Assembly (NCBI GenBank): GCA_013388645.1 | Contig: JACAEV010000143.1 | Coordinates: 1 to 32,000, forward strand | Reading direction: 5' to 3' | Length of the DNA stretch: 32,000 bases | From: Syntrophaceae bacterium | GTDB taxonomy: Bacteria > Desulfobacterota > BSN033 > UBA1163 | Part shown: positions 16,559 to 25,064 of the stretch, in pieces | Layout: each line of letters opens with the position of its first letter | How positions within the stretch are numbered: position 1 is the first letter of the stretch | Position numbers and translations under genes: made by a program | Notes under the pieces: generated by a model | Databases searched by the model: none | The model's input: only the letters and a program-made list of their open reading frames with translations | What the model was told of the DNA's origin: nothing

Positions 16559-16666
16559 AAACCCTTCCTTCGGCCCTGAACCCTATGGGGTTCAGGGTCC
16601 ATTGTGAATCCGAGCGGGTTCACACAAACTATTCATGGACCCCATGATGGGTCGAGGAGGTGTGCT

Positions 16667-18697
16667 ATGAAACGTTTTGTTCTGCTCATCACTTTATTCA
16701 TGCTTCTCATTTCGATCCCTCTCTCACTCCCTGCTCAGGAAAAAGAAGTGACGCTCGAGCCCGTTGTGGTCACGGCTATTCGAGATGTCCAAGAAATCAG
16801 AAAAGTCCCAGCCAATGTCACAATGATCACCAGAGAGGAAATAGAACGATCAAATGCAAAAACGGCAGTGGATTTATTGAGGAGCGAGGTAGGCGTCACG
16901 GTCCGTGATTTTACAGGGAATGGGAAAACGGCATCAGTGGACATCAGAGGTTTTGGCGAAACAGGTCCTCTCAATACCCTTGTTTTAGTCGATGGAAGAC
17001 GGGTCAATGAGATCGATCTCAGTGGAGTGGACTGGACTCAGATCCCTGTTGAACAGATCGAGCGAATTGAGATTCTCCGCGGATCGGGTAGCGTTCTATA
17101 TGGAGATAATGCAGTTGGAGGTGTGATCAATATCATTACTCGAAAACCAGAAAAGCCTCTCTCTTTCAGGACGGAAGTGACAAGGGGAAGCTACCTCTAC
17201 CATAAAGAGAGCGGCTCTGTCTCTGGAAAATGGGGTCCACTCTCGGCAATCTTCTACGGAGGTTACAGCTCCTCCGAAGGGTACCGCGAAAATGGTTTTT
17301 TACGTTATAAGGATGTCGGAGGAAAAATCTTCTATGACCTCAGTGATGCTGTCCAGTTTTCCTTTACTGGAAATTTCCATCGAGATGATAGTGGATTTCC
17401 AGGAGCCCTTTCTAAGTTGCTCTACGAATTGGACAGACGGACCACCACCAAACCAGATGATAAGGCCGAGACCGATGACGGTTTTTTAACATTTGGAGTC
17501 AAAGCCAATTTGGGGAATATGGGCCGGTTTGAAACCGATCTCTCCTGGCGGCATCGGGAGGTCACCAATTCCTTTCTCTCTTCCCTTCCCACCTCCTCTT
17601 TCAAAGACAGGAGAAACCTGACCACCTGGGGATGGGCTCCAAAATATATTCTCGAAAAGACCCTGGTTGGACATTTCAATAAGATCATTTGTGGACTCGA
17701 TTATTATCACTCCGGTTCAAAGATCGACTCGGAATCATATTTCTTCGGTTCAACTACTTATGATGGAATCGAGACGACGAAAAAGTCCTCCGGTCTATAT
17801 CTTTTAGATGAGTTTTCCATTTTTGAAAACCTGATCTTATCTCTTGGCGGACGATGGGAGTGGGTCACCTATGACATTTCTCAAGACTTAACCGGAGTCA
17901 AGGATCGAAAAAGAGATTCAGAGCCTGCTTGGAATGTAGGCCTCAACTACCTCTTTGCCAAAGGGTCTTCTGCCTTTATCTCCATAAAACGAAGTTTTCG
18001 ATTCCCTGTCACGGATGAACTCACTCAGTACGTCTTTCGGCCACCTGATTTTCAACCTGAGATCCAAATCAACCCAGCGATGAAGCCACAGACCGGTTAT
18101 CATTACGAAGCGGGAGTCCGATATCTCTTCAAAGATTGGATGGAGGGAAATCTCACCCTTTTCTGGATTGACCTCAAAAATGAGATTTTCTACAATCCGG
18201 ATACATTTACCAATGAAAATGCAGAAAAAACAAGACGTCAGGGGGTCGAGGTCGGACTCCGAGTGAAACCCTTAGAATGGCTTAACCTATGGGGCAATTA
18301 TGGTTATATCCGTCCCCTCATGCGGGGAGGTGCTTTTTCAGGAAACGATATTCCTAATGTCCCAAGACATAAAGGTTCCATTGGAGCGGATCTGAATTTT
18401 GAAAAGATATTCCTGAATGAATATTTGAAAGGATTTTCGATCAATGGAAGGGCCAATTTTATTGGTTCCCGCCGTTTCATCAGCGATTGGGCCAACCAGG
18501 TGGAGAAACTGGATCCTTACTACACGTTCGACGCAAAACTTTCATATTCCTGGAAAGGACTGAAAGCATTTGTCGGAGTTAATAACATCACTAATCAGAA
18601 ATATGCAGAATACGGCGTGCTCAATTTCTTAAAACAGCCCTATTATTATCCCTCTCCGGAGCGAAATTTCTTCGGAGGGATCTCATATACCTTTTAG
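16667..18697 (+). CDS. TonB-dependent outer-membrane receptor (BtuB-like, cobalamin/corrinoid uptake inferred from the riboswitch)
   Basis: ATG at 16667 follows GAGGAGG. Signal peptide MKRFVLLITLFMLLISIPLSLPAQ. TonB box/plug region EPVVVTA...ERIEILRGSGSVLYGDNAVGGVINIIT. C-terminal beta-barrel ends in ...FGGISYTF (terminal aromatic). Confidence 0.9.
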   Translation: MKRFVLLITLFMLLISIPLSLPAQEKEVTLEPVVVTAIRDVQEIRKVPANVTMITREEIERSNAKTAVDLLRSEVGVTVRDFTGNGKTASVDIRGFGETGPLNTLVLVDGRRVNEIDLSGVDWTQIPVEQIERIEILRGSGSVLYGDNAVGGVINIITRKPEKPLSFRTEVTRGSYLYHKESGSVSGKWGPLSAIFYGGYSSSEGYRENGFLRYKDVGGKIFYDLSDAVQFSFTGNFHRDDSGFPGALSKLLYELDRRTTTKPDDKAETDDGFLTFGVKANLGNMGRFETDLSWRHREVTNSFLSSLPTSSFKDRRNLTTWGWAPKYILEKTLVGHFNKIICGLDYYHSGSKIDSESYFFGSTTYDGIETTKKSSGLYLLDEFSIFENLILSLGGRWEWVTYDISQDLTGVKDRKRDSEPAWNVGLNYLFAKGSSAFISIKRSFRFPVTDELTQYVFRPPDFQPEIQINPAMKPQTGYHYEAGVRYLFKDWMEGNLTLFWIDLKNEIFYNPDTFTNENAEKTRRQGVEVGLRVKPLEWLNLWGNYGYIRPLMRGGAFSGNDIPNVPRHKGSIGADLNFEKIFLNEYLKGFSINGRANFIGSRRFISDWANQVEKLDPYYTFDAKLSYSWKGLKAFVGVNNITNQKYAEYGVLNFLKQPYYYPSPERNFFGGISYTF

Positions 18698-18725
18698 CCC
18701 TTAAGAGGAAAGCAAAAACTTACTC

Positions 18726-18754
18726 TTGACACCTCTGAAGGGTTGTAATATAAA
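18726..18754 (+). promoter_or_regulatory. Putative sigma70-type promoter for tRNA-Phe
   Basis: TTGACA (18726-18731), 17-nt spacer, TATAAA (18749-18754), about 20 nt upstream of the tRNA 5' end. Confidence 0.5.
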
Positions 18755-18773
18755 TTTCTTAATTCCATTGGAT

Positions 18774-18846
<73 letters not shown>

Positions 18847-18858
18847 CTTTAAAAATCC

Positions 18859-18895
18859 AGGGGTTAGGCAATTCAGGCTTAACCCCTTTTTTATT
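18859..18895 (+). terminator. Rho-independent terminator after tRNA-Phe
   Basis: AGGGGTTAGGC (18859-18869) / GCTTAACCCCT (18877-18887) with a 7-nt loop, then TTTTTATT. Confidence 0.6.
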
Positions 18896-19216
18896 GATTG
18901 TGCCCAAGTTGTGACTTAATTTCCTATTCCTCATGGTTGGGGCGCTCAAAGGGGCTATGACTATGGGAGCAGAGGTGAAGGAGTAGGCTTGTAAGTGGAT
19001 GTTCTTGGGGGGAGGTGCTGAACAGAGTTCTCCTTCTTTGGTATCGTCCGAGGTAACCGCCCTATCCACAAATAAAAACGATACAGCACCGATGATGGCA
19101 AAGAATATTCTTAACAAAAGTTCAACAGTTCTTAAACTCATTTTTATTACTTCCATTACATTCCATCGTGCCCTTCACCACGTTTGATTTATTGGTTTTT
19201 CCCCCTCCTCTCCCAT

Positions 19217-19369
19217 TTATTTGCATACTGCTTTGTAGAGGGCATCCATTATTGTATTGGGCTCGATAACTTTCCATTTTGGAAAAAGCCAAACTTGAGG
19301 AGCCGAAATTTCTCCTTCCTTTGAATAATGAAAGGAAACAACCTGTTTATGGTCAACGGGGATTGCCAT
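19217..19369 (-). CDS. Candidate 50-aa small ORF downstream of the flavoprotein gene
   Basis: ATG at 19369 sits 6 nt after GGAGG and 22 nt after the upstream stop. Product: MAIPVDHKQVVSFHYSKEGEISAPQVWLFPKWKVIEPNTIMDALYKAVCK. It falls below the ORF-track length cutoff, and I recognise no family. Confidence 0.3.
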   Translation of the reverse strand: MAIPVDHKQVVSFHYSKEGEISAPQVWLFPKWKVIEPNTIMDALYKAVCK

Positions 19370-19391
19370 GAGGGGCCTCCATCACAACAAC

Positions 19392-19928
19392 CTACTTTAA
19401 TGACATCCCTAATTGATAGGCCCTGTTCAATTCTTTCTGATTCTTCCCAATCTCTCCCTTTTCAAAGGCTGTCACCAAAATCTTACCCACAAATTTCATC
19501 TCTAAATAATCAAATGACAACCGAAACATCTGGACGAGGGGTCTGCAGACTCCGGCTCCTTCTGCTGCTGGAGTGACAAGAATCCATTTCTTTCCCCTGA
19601 GCTTGGAGTTTGCCACAAATGGTCTCATCCTGTCTATGAGAAGTTTCATCACTCCCGTCGGGCCATACCAATAGTTTGGTGTGCCAAAAATGATCAAATC
19701 AGCCGCTACCATTTTGGAATAAATATCTTGCATCCCATCTTTAATGGGGCACAAGTAATCTCCCTTTTTGCATTTTCGGCAATCCACACAGGGAGAGATC
19801 TTATACTTATAGAGGTAAAGTTTTTCTCCTGTGTGCCCCTTCGCTTGAGAGCCTTCAAGGATTCGGTCAACCAATATGTCCGTGTTTCCCCCTTTTCGGG
19901 GACTTCCAATCAATGCCAATATTTTCAC
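19392..19928 (-). CDS. Flavodoxin-fold NADPH-dependent FMN reductase / iron-sulfur flavoprotein-like protein
   Basis: MKILALIGSPRKGGNT N-terminus, Cys cluster C-x2-C-x2-C-x7-C (CVDCRKCKKGDYLC), and FGTPNYWYGP flavin-binding segment. Confidence 0.8.
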   Translation of the reverse strand: MKILALIGSPRKGGNTDILVDRILEGSQAKGHTGEKLYLYKYKISPCVDCRKCKKGDYLCPIKDGMQDIYSKMVAADLIIFGTPNYWYGPTGVMKLLIDRMRPFVANSKLRGKKWILVTPAAEGAGVCRPLVQMFRLSFDYLEMKFVGKILVTAFEKGEIGKNQKELNRAYQLGMSLK

Positions 19929-20064
19929 GGTATCCCCCTCTCTTTTTTAACTGAAGCCAGCCGTTCCAGTAGTCATAATAGGGAAACCAGTATTGACGAG
20001 GGCAGGTCTTCAAGATTTCGTTTTTGGATTTGGGCCAGGGGAATTCATTTTTGAGTTCGGTCAT
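19867..20064 (-). pseudogene. Probable N-terminal remnant of a PD-(D/E)XK (Cas4/RecB-like) nuclease family gene
   Basis: MTELKNEFPWPKSKNEILKTCPRQYWFPYYDYWNGW resembles the conserved N-terminus of PD-(D/E)XK nuclease family proteins (S-x-S...F..CPRKYYF.YY..WGGW). The ORF then runs out of frame into the flavoprotein gene and stops after 65 aa. Confidence 0.3.
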
Positions 20065-20130
20065 GGGGTCTTCAAAAACCTTTCATTAAACTGGAGCGTT
20101 TTAAATCAAATGGAAACCCATTATGATTTT

Positions 20131-20529
20131 TTAAGCAATCTTTTTTGCTGTCATGCCCGGTTTAACAGAGTAGACCTCTCCAATTCTAATCTTTATTACG
20201 TATTGGGGCCGGGGCCTTTTTCTTTGCTCCTGCCTTTTGGCTACTTGTTCAAAGAAATCTCCACTGCTACATATTTCTGCCGTCCCCTTAACCTGATAGC
20301 CATCTGCCTTCTCTCTGTCCGCCACCATTACCGCAACTTTTGGGTTCTCCTGAAGGTTTCTAAGCGTCTTTTCGCTTGTTCCTTCCGAGTAGGCAAGCGT
20401 TTCATCATTGAAGACATACATGGAGCCCTTAGGCCCTACATTAGGTGTTCCATCTTTACTTGCTGTAGCAATAACAGCTAACTGCTGTTCAAACAGAGCC
20501 TTCATTTCGTTGGTCAATTTAGCCATCAC
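20131..20529 (-). CDS. Pyridoxamine 5'-phosphate oxidase family (FMN-binding split-barrel) protein
   Basis: About 130 aa. ATASKDGTPNVGPKGS...LRNLQENPKVAVMV...GYQVKGTAE follows the pattern of the PNPOx-like family. Confidence 0.8.
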   Translation of the reverse strand: MMAKLTNEMKALFEQQLAVIATASKDGTPNVGPKGSMYVFNDETLAYSEGTSEKTLRNLQENPKVAVMVADREKADGYQVKGTAEICSSGDFFEQVAKRQEQRKRPRPQYVIKIRIGEVYSVKPGMTAKKIA

Positions 20530-20704
20530 ATCCTCCTTTCATTCTTCACTTGAAATCTTGGATGATAAGAAGGGAATATGTCTGAACATTTTCAGATCAT
20601 CCAATCAATTTATAGAATCATCTTTAGCCTTTATTTTAAATGAAGTCTATTAAATTAGATACAGGGTGTCAATGAAAATTGGGAGGGCGAAGTTCGGTAA
20701 AAAG

Positions 20705-21217
20705 TTACACATATTTCTCAAAGCAAACTATTTGATCCAGACTCTTTCTGATCTTGTGTGAAGGGGGTTGATTGGGGTATCCCAATGGCGTCATGGCGAC
20801 AACACGCACTTCTTGGGGAATATTTAGAATTTTCTTGACCTCGGTCTCTTCGAATGCTCCGATCCAACACGATCCTAAACCCAGTTCTTGAGCCTGTAGA
20901 ATCATATGGGTAACGGCGATGGATACATCGACCGTATAAGCGGGTTGACCACAGGCCATATGTGTCTTAGGTTCCGGGCCGCAAGCAATAATGACGATAG
21001 GTGCTTCTCCAATAAAAGTCTGTTCAAAGGCAGCCTGAGCCAGTTTCTTCTTTGTTTCCCTGTTTCTGACAATGATAAATTTCCAATCCTGACGGTTGCT
21101 GGCAGAAGGGGAAAGCCTTGCTGCCTCCAATACCTTTCTTAGTTTTTCCTCTTCGACTTCAGTGGTTTTATAGGCTCTTATGCTACTTCTTTGACGAATG
21201 GCGTCAAATACATCCAT
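20705..21217 (-). CDS. Nitroreductase family protein
   Basis: IRQRSSIRAY, PSASNRQDWKFIIV, and LGLGSCWIGAF plus GYP near the C-terminus are classical nitroreductase-fold blocks. Confidence 0.9.
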   Translation of the reverse strand: MDVFDAIRQRSSIRAYKTTEVEEEKLRKVLEAARLSPSASNRQDWKFIIVRNRETKKKLAQAAFEQTFIGEAPIVIIACGPEPKTHMACGQPAYTVDVSIAVTHMILQAQELGLGSCWIGAFEETEVKKILNIPQEVRVVAMTPLGYPNQPPSHKIRKSLDQIVCFEKYV

Positions 21218-21280
21218 TTTTGCGCTTCTCCTTTGTCAACAAAAATAGGGTGGAAGCATTCATCCGGAATTTTTTAATCC

Positions 21281-21463
21281 CTATTTAGGGGCCTGCGGAA
21301 GACCGCGTCGAACCCCTTCGATGCTTTCATCTATTATAATAATCGTCCCACATTGGGGACATTTAACCTTTATTTCTTTGGATGTCCCTGCACATCCTAA
21401 AAAGCAGATCGTCAAAATCATCATTGTTAAAAAAAGGATGAACCACTTTGTCATCACCTTCAC
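21281..21463 (-). CDS. Small lipoprotein with a CxxC motif (60 aa)
   Basis: Signal peptide plus lipobox (FLGCAG), then KCPQCG. SD GAGGAGGTGAAGG is upstream. Confidence 0.55.
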   Translation of the reverse strand: MKVMTKWFILFLTMMILTICFLGCAGTSKEIKVKCPQCGTIIIIDESIEGVRRGLPQAPK

Positions 21464-21555
21464 CTCCTCTTCAAATCCTTAACCGTTTTTAAGTCTGTTC
21501 GTCAAGCCCACCCGCCTTCTGGTTTAGTTCTAAATCATATTGGATAATTAAAAAA

Positions 21556-22023
21556 TCATATTCGTTTGGGCGGTAAGTGCTCTTGTCCCTTTACTTTCAA
21601 GTCAGGGACGATCATCATCGTTGCGGTTCCATGTCCTAAGAGGCCCCCTTCAACATCATAAATAGTGGCATCCCCTAAAGCCAATGTTTTCCCTATCTTG
21701 ATGCACCGACCTTTCGCCACAAGCTTTCCCTTTTGAACCGGTGCAAGGAAATTTACTTTTATTTCTACAGTGGTCAGTCCCATTCCATCCTTTACCTGCG
21801 GGAAGACCGCCCAAAAAGTGGCCGCATCCATGATGGAAGCAATCACCCCTCCGTGAACATATCCAAAGGGTTGGAGGTGTTTTTCATCGAGTTGGATCTC
21901 TAAAACAGAAGCTCCCCACTCCAGATCCTTGATCTTCATGGAGAGGAGTGAGAAATATGGACTCTGGTTGACCACTTTTGATATGGTCTCAACGTATTTT
22001 GGGTTGAATCGAAACTCGGACAT
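21556..22023 (-). CDS. PaaI-family hotdog-fold thioesterase
   Basis: NQSPYF...LEIQLDEKHLQPFGYVHGGVIASIMDAA...TVEIKVNFLAP...G matches the phenylacetic acid degradation PaaI/4HBT pattern. Confidence 0.85.
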   Translation of the reverse strand: MSEFRFNPKYVETISKVVNQSPYFSLLSMKIKDLEWGASVLEIQLDEKHLQPFGYVHGGVIASIMDAATFWAVFPQVKDGMGLTTVEIKVNFLAPVQKGKLVAKGRCIKIGKTLALGDATIYDVEGGLLGHGTATMMIVPDLKVKGQEHLPPKRI

Positions 22024-22058
22024 TAAAAACGCTCCTTTCGAAAATGGAATTCGATGAA

Positions 22059-23225
22059 CTAAATGGCTTGAAGGGCATCCACGATGGTCATGCGGGAGGC
22101 ACGGATGGCCGGAAGCAGTCCGCCCACGAAACCCATGAACAAAGCAAAGCCCATGCCCATTGAGATGATCTGAGAGTTCAGAGAAAAGCTGAAAGCGAGT
22201 TCAGAAAAAGTCTGGAAGTTCATGGTCGATATCGTGATGAGTTGCATGAAAGAGGCGAAGAAGAGCCCAACGACTCCGCCTAGAAAGCCAAGGAATAACG
22301 ACTCCAAGAGAAACGCAACCAGGATGTTCCCTCTCTTAAAACCGAGGGCCCGGAGCGTTCCGATCTCTGCAATCCGATTCGCCACGGCCGAATACATCGT
22401 AATCATCGCCCCGATGATCGCTCCGAGAGAAAAAATGATGGTGAGAGAAATGCCCAAAATTCGAAGAAACTTAGCCATGATCTCAGATTGGTCAGCATAA
22501 TACTTCGTCTCCCGTTTCACGTCTAAGGTTAAACGGGGATCATTTTCAATACGTGATTTTACGCTCTCGAACTCTGACGAATCCCGTAGCTTAAAAATAA
22601 CGGACGAGTAACTATTTCTTCGAAAGGCTTGCATGAACTGGTCCTCATCCCCCCAAATTTCGGAACTGAACCCGGTGCTTCCAGCGTCAAAGATTCCCAC
22701 TATTTTCCAATCGCGCATCCCGCAGCAGAGACGTTCATCAATCCGGACATCCTTGAACCTCCGAACAATATTCGTTCCCGCCATGATTTCCGTAGAACCC
22801 ATCCTTGGAAGTCGTCCCTCTATCAGTCTTATTTGAGGCCTTAGAAAAAGAGAATGCTCACCCGTCCCGCGGAGAACCACATTGGAGGGCTTGTCGCTTC
22901 CCTTCTTGGTCAAGGCAATCAATACCACCACCTCCTTGGAGAGGAGCTTCTGGCCTTTGGGACCAATTGCAATTTCTGGAAAGGCCTCCAAAATGGAAGC
23001 TTGTTGCCTGGTCACCCCGCTTACGACTTCGGAATTCGAACCTTTACGAAGAAACACGACATTGTCATTCGACCCTGTCTCGACCAAGGTCTTTTGAAGT
23101 CCTTCTGCAAGCATCAAGATGGAGGCAAAGACAAAAACGACTAAAGCCATCCCTGAGACGGTCAGAAGGGTGGTCAGCCTTCGAGTCCATAGGTTGCGTA
23201 AGTTGTAAGCCAGGGGAATTGCCAT
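22059..23225 (-). CDS. ABC transporter permease, FtsX/MacB-type (second of two)
   Basis: N-terminal TM, a large periplasmic domain, and a C-terminal FtsX 3-TM block with EIGTLRALGF. The stop/start ATGA-style junction abuts the upstream permease (shared base 23225). Confidence 0.9.
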   Translation of the reverse strand: MAIPLAYNLRNLWTRRLTTLLTVSGMALVVFVFASILMLAEGLQKTLVETGSNDNVVFLRKGSNSEVVSGVTRQQASILEAFPEIAIGPKGQKLLSKEVVVLIALTKKGSDKPSNVVLRGTGEHSLFLRPQIRLIEGRLPRMGSTEIMAGTNIVRRFKDVRIDERLCCGMRDWKIVGIFDAGSTGFSSEIWGDEDQFMQAFRRNSYSSVIFKLRDSSEFESVKSRIENDPRLTLDVKRETKYYADQSEIMAKFLRILGISLTIIFSLGAIIGAMITMYSAVANRIAEIGTLRALGFKRGNILVAFLLESLFLGFLGGVVGLFFASFMQLITISTMNFQTFSELAFSFSLNSQIISMGMGFALFMGFVGGLLPAIRASRMTIVDALQAI

Positions 23226-24382
23226 CAGCCAATCCTCCTAAGGCCATCTGCAATTCGTATGCGGATGGCCCGTCGAGCCGGAATGATGGCTGAGACAAAA
23301 GCAATGACGAAGGCAGCAACCAAATTGAGATAAAGAGTTTCTTTTTCAACGTTGAATACAGGAAAGTAGGTCCCCAATTCATGACTGATGATGTTGGTCG
23401 CAGGGAAAGTGAGGATTAACCCTAAGAGGCAACCCATGATGGTAATGACCAGAGATTCTCCAAAGATGAGAGCCGTAATATGTCTTCCTCCAAACCCAAG
23501 CGTTTTTAAAATGGCGTACTCCCCGATTCTTTCTCGAGTGGTCATCGCCATGGTATTCGCCACCACCGCCATGATGATGAAGATAACGACAAAAGAGACA
23601 ATTTGAATGGCGGCCACAATCGCTCCACTCATGGCGACAAACCCCTGTTGGAAGGCTTTTTCTGTCTCGGTCAGAGTCTCTGCCAGAGAGTTTTTAAAGA
23701 GTTGATCGACGGCCACCGCCACATCTCCAGCCAGCTCCGGTCGGGTGACGCCGATCATATAATAACCCACCTGATCCGTCCATAGAGGAAGAGCCTTCTT
23801 CGAGATTTCGTTAAGGTAATCCCAGTGAAAGAAAAACTGACTTTCATCCGTATCCTTATCTCTCCCTCGATAAATCCCTCGAACCACAAAATCCCAGTTT
23901 CCTAAGAAGATGGTCCCTTTCAGGGTAACGATATCGCCCACCTTCCACATAAACTTGGCTGCCAATTTTTTCCCGATCACACATCCCTTCTGATCTTTTA
24001 AAAAGGACTCCTTCTCATTGAAAGGAATAATCAATTCGGGATAAAGTTCAAGAAAGCTCTTGGGTTCAACAGCAAAGTTAGCAAAGAAGTTTTTCTCCTC
24101 ACCATATACCCCACCAAACCAGGTCCCATAGGAGACCGTCTTCACACCATTGACCTGTTGGATCTTATCCTTATAAAAATGGGGAAGTGGAAAAATGATG
24201 GACACCGAATTTCGAGTGACGAGGCGCGTGGCAGAGGAGGCTTCCACCCCAGCATACCAGGCGCTGATCAGGGTGCGAAGGAGCCCAAACGCCAAGATGG
24301 CGATGGTGATGCCCAGAATGGTAAGGCCAGTTCGGAGTCTATTTCGAAAGGCATTCCTAAAGAGGACTTTGAGAATGAGCAT
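23225..24382 (-). CDS. ABC transporter permease, FtsX/MacB-type (first of two)
   Basis: Same architecture as the second permease: RERIGEYAILKTLGF and a C-terminal ...IPARRAIRIRIADGLR. Confidence 0.9.
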   Translation of the reverse strand: MLILKVLFRNAFRNRLRTGLTILGITIAILAFGLLRTLISAWYAGVEASSATRLVTRNSVSIIFPLPHFYKDKIQQVNGVKTVSYGTWFGGVYGEEKNFFANFAVEPKSFLELYPELIIPFNEKESFLKDQKGCVIGKKLAAKFMWKVGDIVTLKGTIFLGNWDFVVRGIYRGRDKDTDESQFFFHWDYLNEISKKALPLWTDQVGYYMIGVTRPELAGDVAVAVDQLFKNSLAETLTETEKAFQQGFVAMSGAIVAAIQIVSFVVIFIIMAVVANTMAMTTRERIGEYAILKTLGFGGRHITALIFGESLVITIMGCLLGLILTFPATNIISHELGTYFPVFNVEKETLYLNLVAAFVIAFVSAIIPARRAIRIRIADGLRRIG

Positions 24383-25064
24383 TGTTCAAAAAACCTTTTT
24401 CCAGATGCCTGAGCACCCGAGCCCTCTTGGCTGCTCGCGGATCATGGGTCACCAGGATGATGGTCTTTTTCAGTTCGGCATTGAGCCGCTCCATCAGATC
24501 CAAAACCTCCTCGGCAGAAACACGATCGAGATCTCCAGTCGGTTCATCGGCGACCAGTATCGTCGGATCAGTGACAATGGCGCGAGCAATGGCCACCCGC
24601 TGTTGTTCTCCTCCTGAAAGCTCTTTGGGATAATGGTCTAAGCGATGGGAGAGATTAACCAATCGGAGGGCCATCTCCACATGCTCCCCGCGCTCTCTTT
24701 TAGAAAGCCCTGTCAGATTCAAAGGAAGCTCCACATTCTCGAAAGCGGTGAGGACCGGAATCAAATTATAGAACTGGAAGATGAAACCCACGTGAGTGGC
24801 ACGCCACTGGGCAAGCTCTGTTTCAGAAAGCAAAGTAATATCCACCCCCCCTACCCTGATCGTGCCACTGTCTGCCCGATCGATACCCGCAATCAGGTTG
24901 AGGAGCGTGCTCTTTCCCGATCCCGAGGGACCCATGAGTGCCAAAAATTCAACTGCCTTGATATCAAAATTAATGTCATGCAATACGGGAACCACTTGAG
25001 CTCCCCGCCGATAGGACTTATTTAGATTTCTTATTTCCACGATGGATTGATTCGCTTCGATCAT
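24357..25064 (-). CDS. ABC transporter ATP-binding protein (MacB/LolD-like)
   Basis: Walker A GPSGSGKST, Q-loop FIFQFYNL, signature LSGGEQQRVAIARA, Walker B ILVADEPTGDLD, H-loop VTHD. Confidence 0.95.
   Translation of the reverse strand: MIEANQSIVEIRNLNKSYRRGAQVVPVLHDINFDIKAVEFLALMGPSGSGKSTLLNLIAGIDRADSGTIRVGGVDITLLSETELAQWRATHVGFIFQFYNLIPVLTAFENVELPLNLTGLSKRERGEHVEMALRLVNLSHRLDHYPKELSGGEQQRVAIARAIVTDPTILVADEPTGDLDRVSAEEVLDLMERLNAELKKTIILVTHDPRAAKRARVLRHLEKGFLNNAHSQSPL

Noticed and set aside
16604-16666. N-terminal extensions proposed by the ORF track: TonB receptor from GTG 16604, glmS from 8853, AlaX-like from 29564, livF from 176, nagB-like from 13234, binding protein from 1080.
   Set aside because: In each case an internal ATG with a good SD gives the canonical family N-terminus (signal peptide, MCGIVG and so on). 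The extension overlaps a hairpin, an upstream gene or non-conserved sequence.
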